In this document: positions 62,733 to 64,000 of the stretch, one piece after another | Layout of the letters: each line of letters opens with the position of its first letter | Numbering within the stretch: position 1 is the stretch's first letter | Translations under genes and position numbers: made by a program | Notes under the pieces: generated by a model | What the model was told of the DNA's origin: nothing | What the model saw: only the letters and a program-made list of their open reading frames with translations | Database searches by the model: none | Source: Octopus sinensis | Taxonomy: Eukaryota | Assembly (NCBI RefSeq): GCF_006345805.1 | Contig: NC_043008.1 | Span: 74,834,001 to 74,898,000, forward strand | DNA length: 64,000 nucleotides | Direction of reading: 5' to 3'

Positions 62733-62859
62733 CTGTTGGTTCCCCCACCATCACTTGACAACCAAAGTTGGTGTGTTTACGTCCCCATAGCTTAGTGGTT
62801 CGACTAAAGGCAGTGCTCCAGCATTGTTGCAGTCAAATGACTGAAACAAATAAAAGAAT
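62506..62859 (+). mobile_element. SINE family A with an internal deletion in the 3' half
   Basis: A- and B-box head, GGGCAAGTGTCTTCTAC, expanded internal (TA)n, tail ACTGAAACAAATAAAAGAAT. Confidence 0.9.
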
Positions 62860-62953
62860 GTGTGTGTGTGTGTGTGTTTATATATATATATATTACTCAT
62901 TCTATTGACAAATATATGAGTGCATGTTTTTCTGACTAACGGTTTCTTACACA

Positions 62954-62993
<40 letters not shown>

Positions 62994-63191
62994 GTATACA
63001 TGTGTATATAAATATGTAAATATATGCAGGTATATATCTATATATTTGTATATATATATATATATGCATTTGTATGTGTGTGTATATAGAGCGCACAATG
63101 TTTCTGAAGGTTGGCAATGGTCTTCTTCAGTCACGAGTGGACGGCCATCATATGTATATGCAAGTATATTATATATATTTGTATATGTATA

Positions 63192-63240
<49 letters not shown>

Positions 63241-63269
63241 ATATATATGTGTGTGTGTGTGTGTATATA

Positions 63270-63950
63270 TATATGTATAGTAACCTGCCTAAAATTTTTG
63301 TTAAGAGTAAGTTACTTAAGGTTGTCGATTTGTTCATCTACCTTGGAAGCTCTGTACAAAATGATGGAAATCTTGAGACTCAAATACATCTGTGAATTCA
63401 AATGGTAGTAAAAGCATTTGGTGGCTTGGAGTCACGCGTTTGGTGCCAGCGACATATAAATAAGAATACAAAGCTGGCTCTTTACAAATCATTTGTCTTA
63501 CCATCCCAATTGTATTCTTGTGAAACATGGACTTGTTATGAAAGGCATTTTAAATTGTTAGAACAATTCCACCAAAAATGCCTTCATCGCATTTTAAACA
63601 TTAAATGGAGTTCTTTTACTCCTAACACAGATGTCCTTGCATATGCAGGCATCAGCTCAATGAAAGTTATGATTTTGAGGAACCAAATGAGATGGTGTGG
63701 CCATATCGTTCAAATGGCAGATGTATGTATGCTGAAACAGCTGTTTTTTTTGAGCTTGCTGAGGGGAAATGCTATAGGCATAAACCTAAAAACAAGGTTT
63801 AAGGACGGTATAAGGATTACTATGAAGTAACTTGGAATGGATCCAGAAGATATAGAAACAGGTGTCCTGCCACTGCCAAGGATGCAAGAGAATATACCCG
63901 AAGCCAACCAAGGCTAACCATGAGATGGGAGAAAAATCAAAAAAATGGTC
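63270..63950 (+). mobile_element. RTE (BovB-like) LINE fragment, RT C-terminal part
   Basis: FIYLGS, KAFGGL, LYSCETWT, FHQKCLHRIL, RWCGHIVQM, RFKD. Confidence 0.88.
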
Positions 63951-64000
63951 ATTAAGGGGTGGAGTTCTGTTAAGAAATTAGTTAGTGAATAGGGGTAATA

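Overview
This is AT-rich, microsatellite-dense eukaryotic DNA, probably from an octopus or related cephalopod. That assignment is an inference from the tRNA-headed SINE, RTE-LINE and mariner families I recognise; I ran no database search. I found no intact cellular gene, rRNA, tRNA or CRISPR array, and almost all ORFs in the track are translated microsatellite or transposon debris. Bases 1-5392 are a very homogeneous ~309-bp tandem array (17 full units plus a partial one) that runs off the left edge. The rest is a nested transposon landscape. It includes a near-full-length RTE LINE (35181-38807; APE + RT with a PHD-type finger inside the RT, two frameshifts), several decayed RTE and R4/Dong-like LINEs, and a piggyBac with intact TIRs and TTAA duplication sitting inside an R4/Dong LINE. 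There are also three mariner relics, several MITEs, at least four SINE-like families, and Penelope-like terminal repeats. The best leads are the tandem array and its repeated splice-signal cassette, three hammerhead-ribozyme folds in three unrelated repeats, the PHD-in-RT LINE, a (TAA)n-associated element clustered five times in 10 kb, and several foldback or duplication structures. A few weak plus-strand exon candidates may belong to an extracellular protein. Boundaries of decayed elements are approximate.
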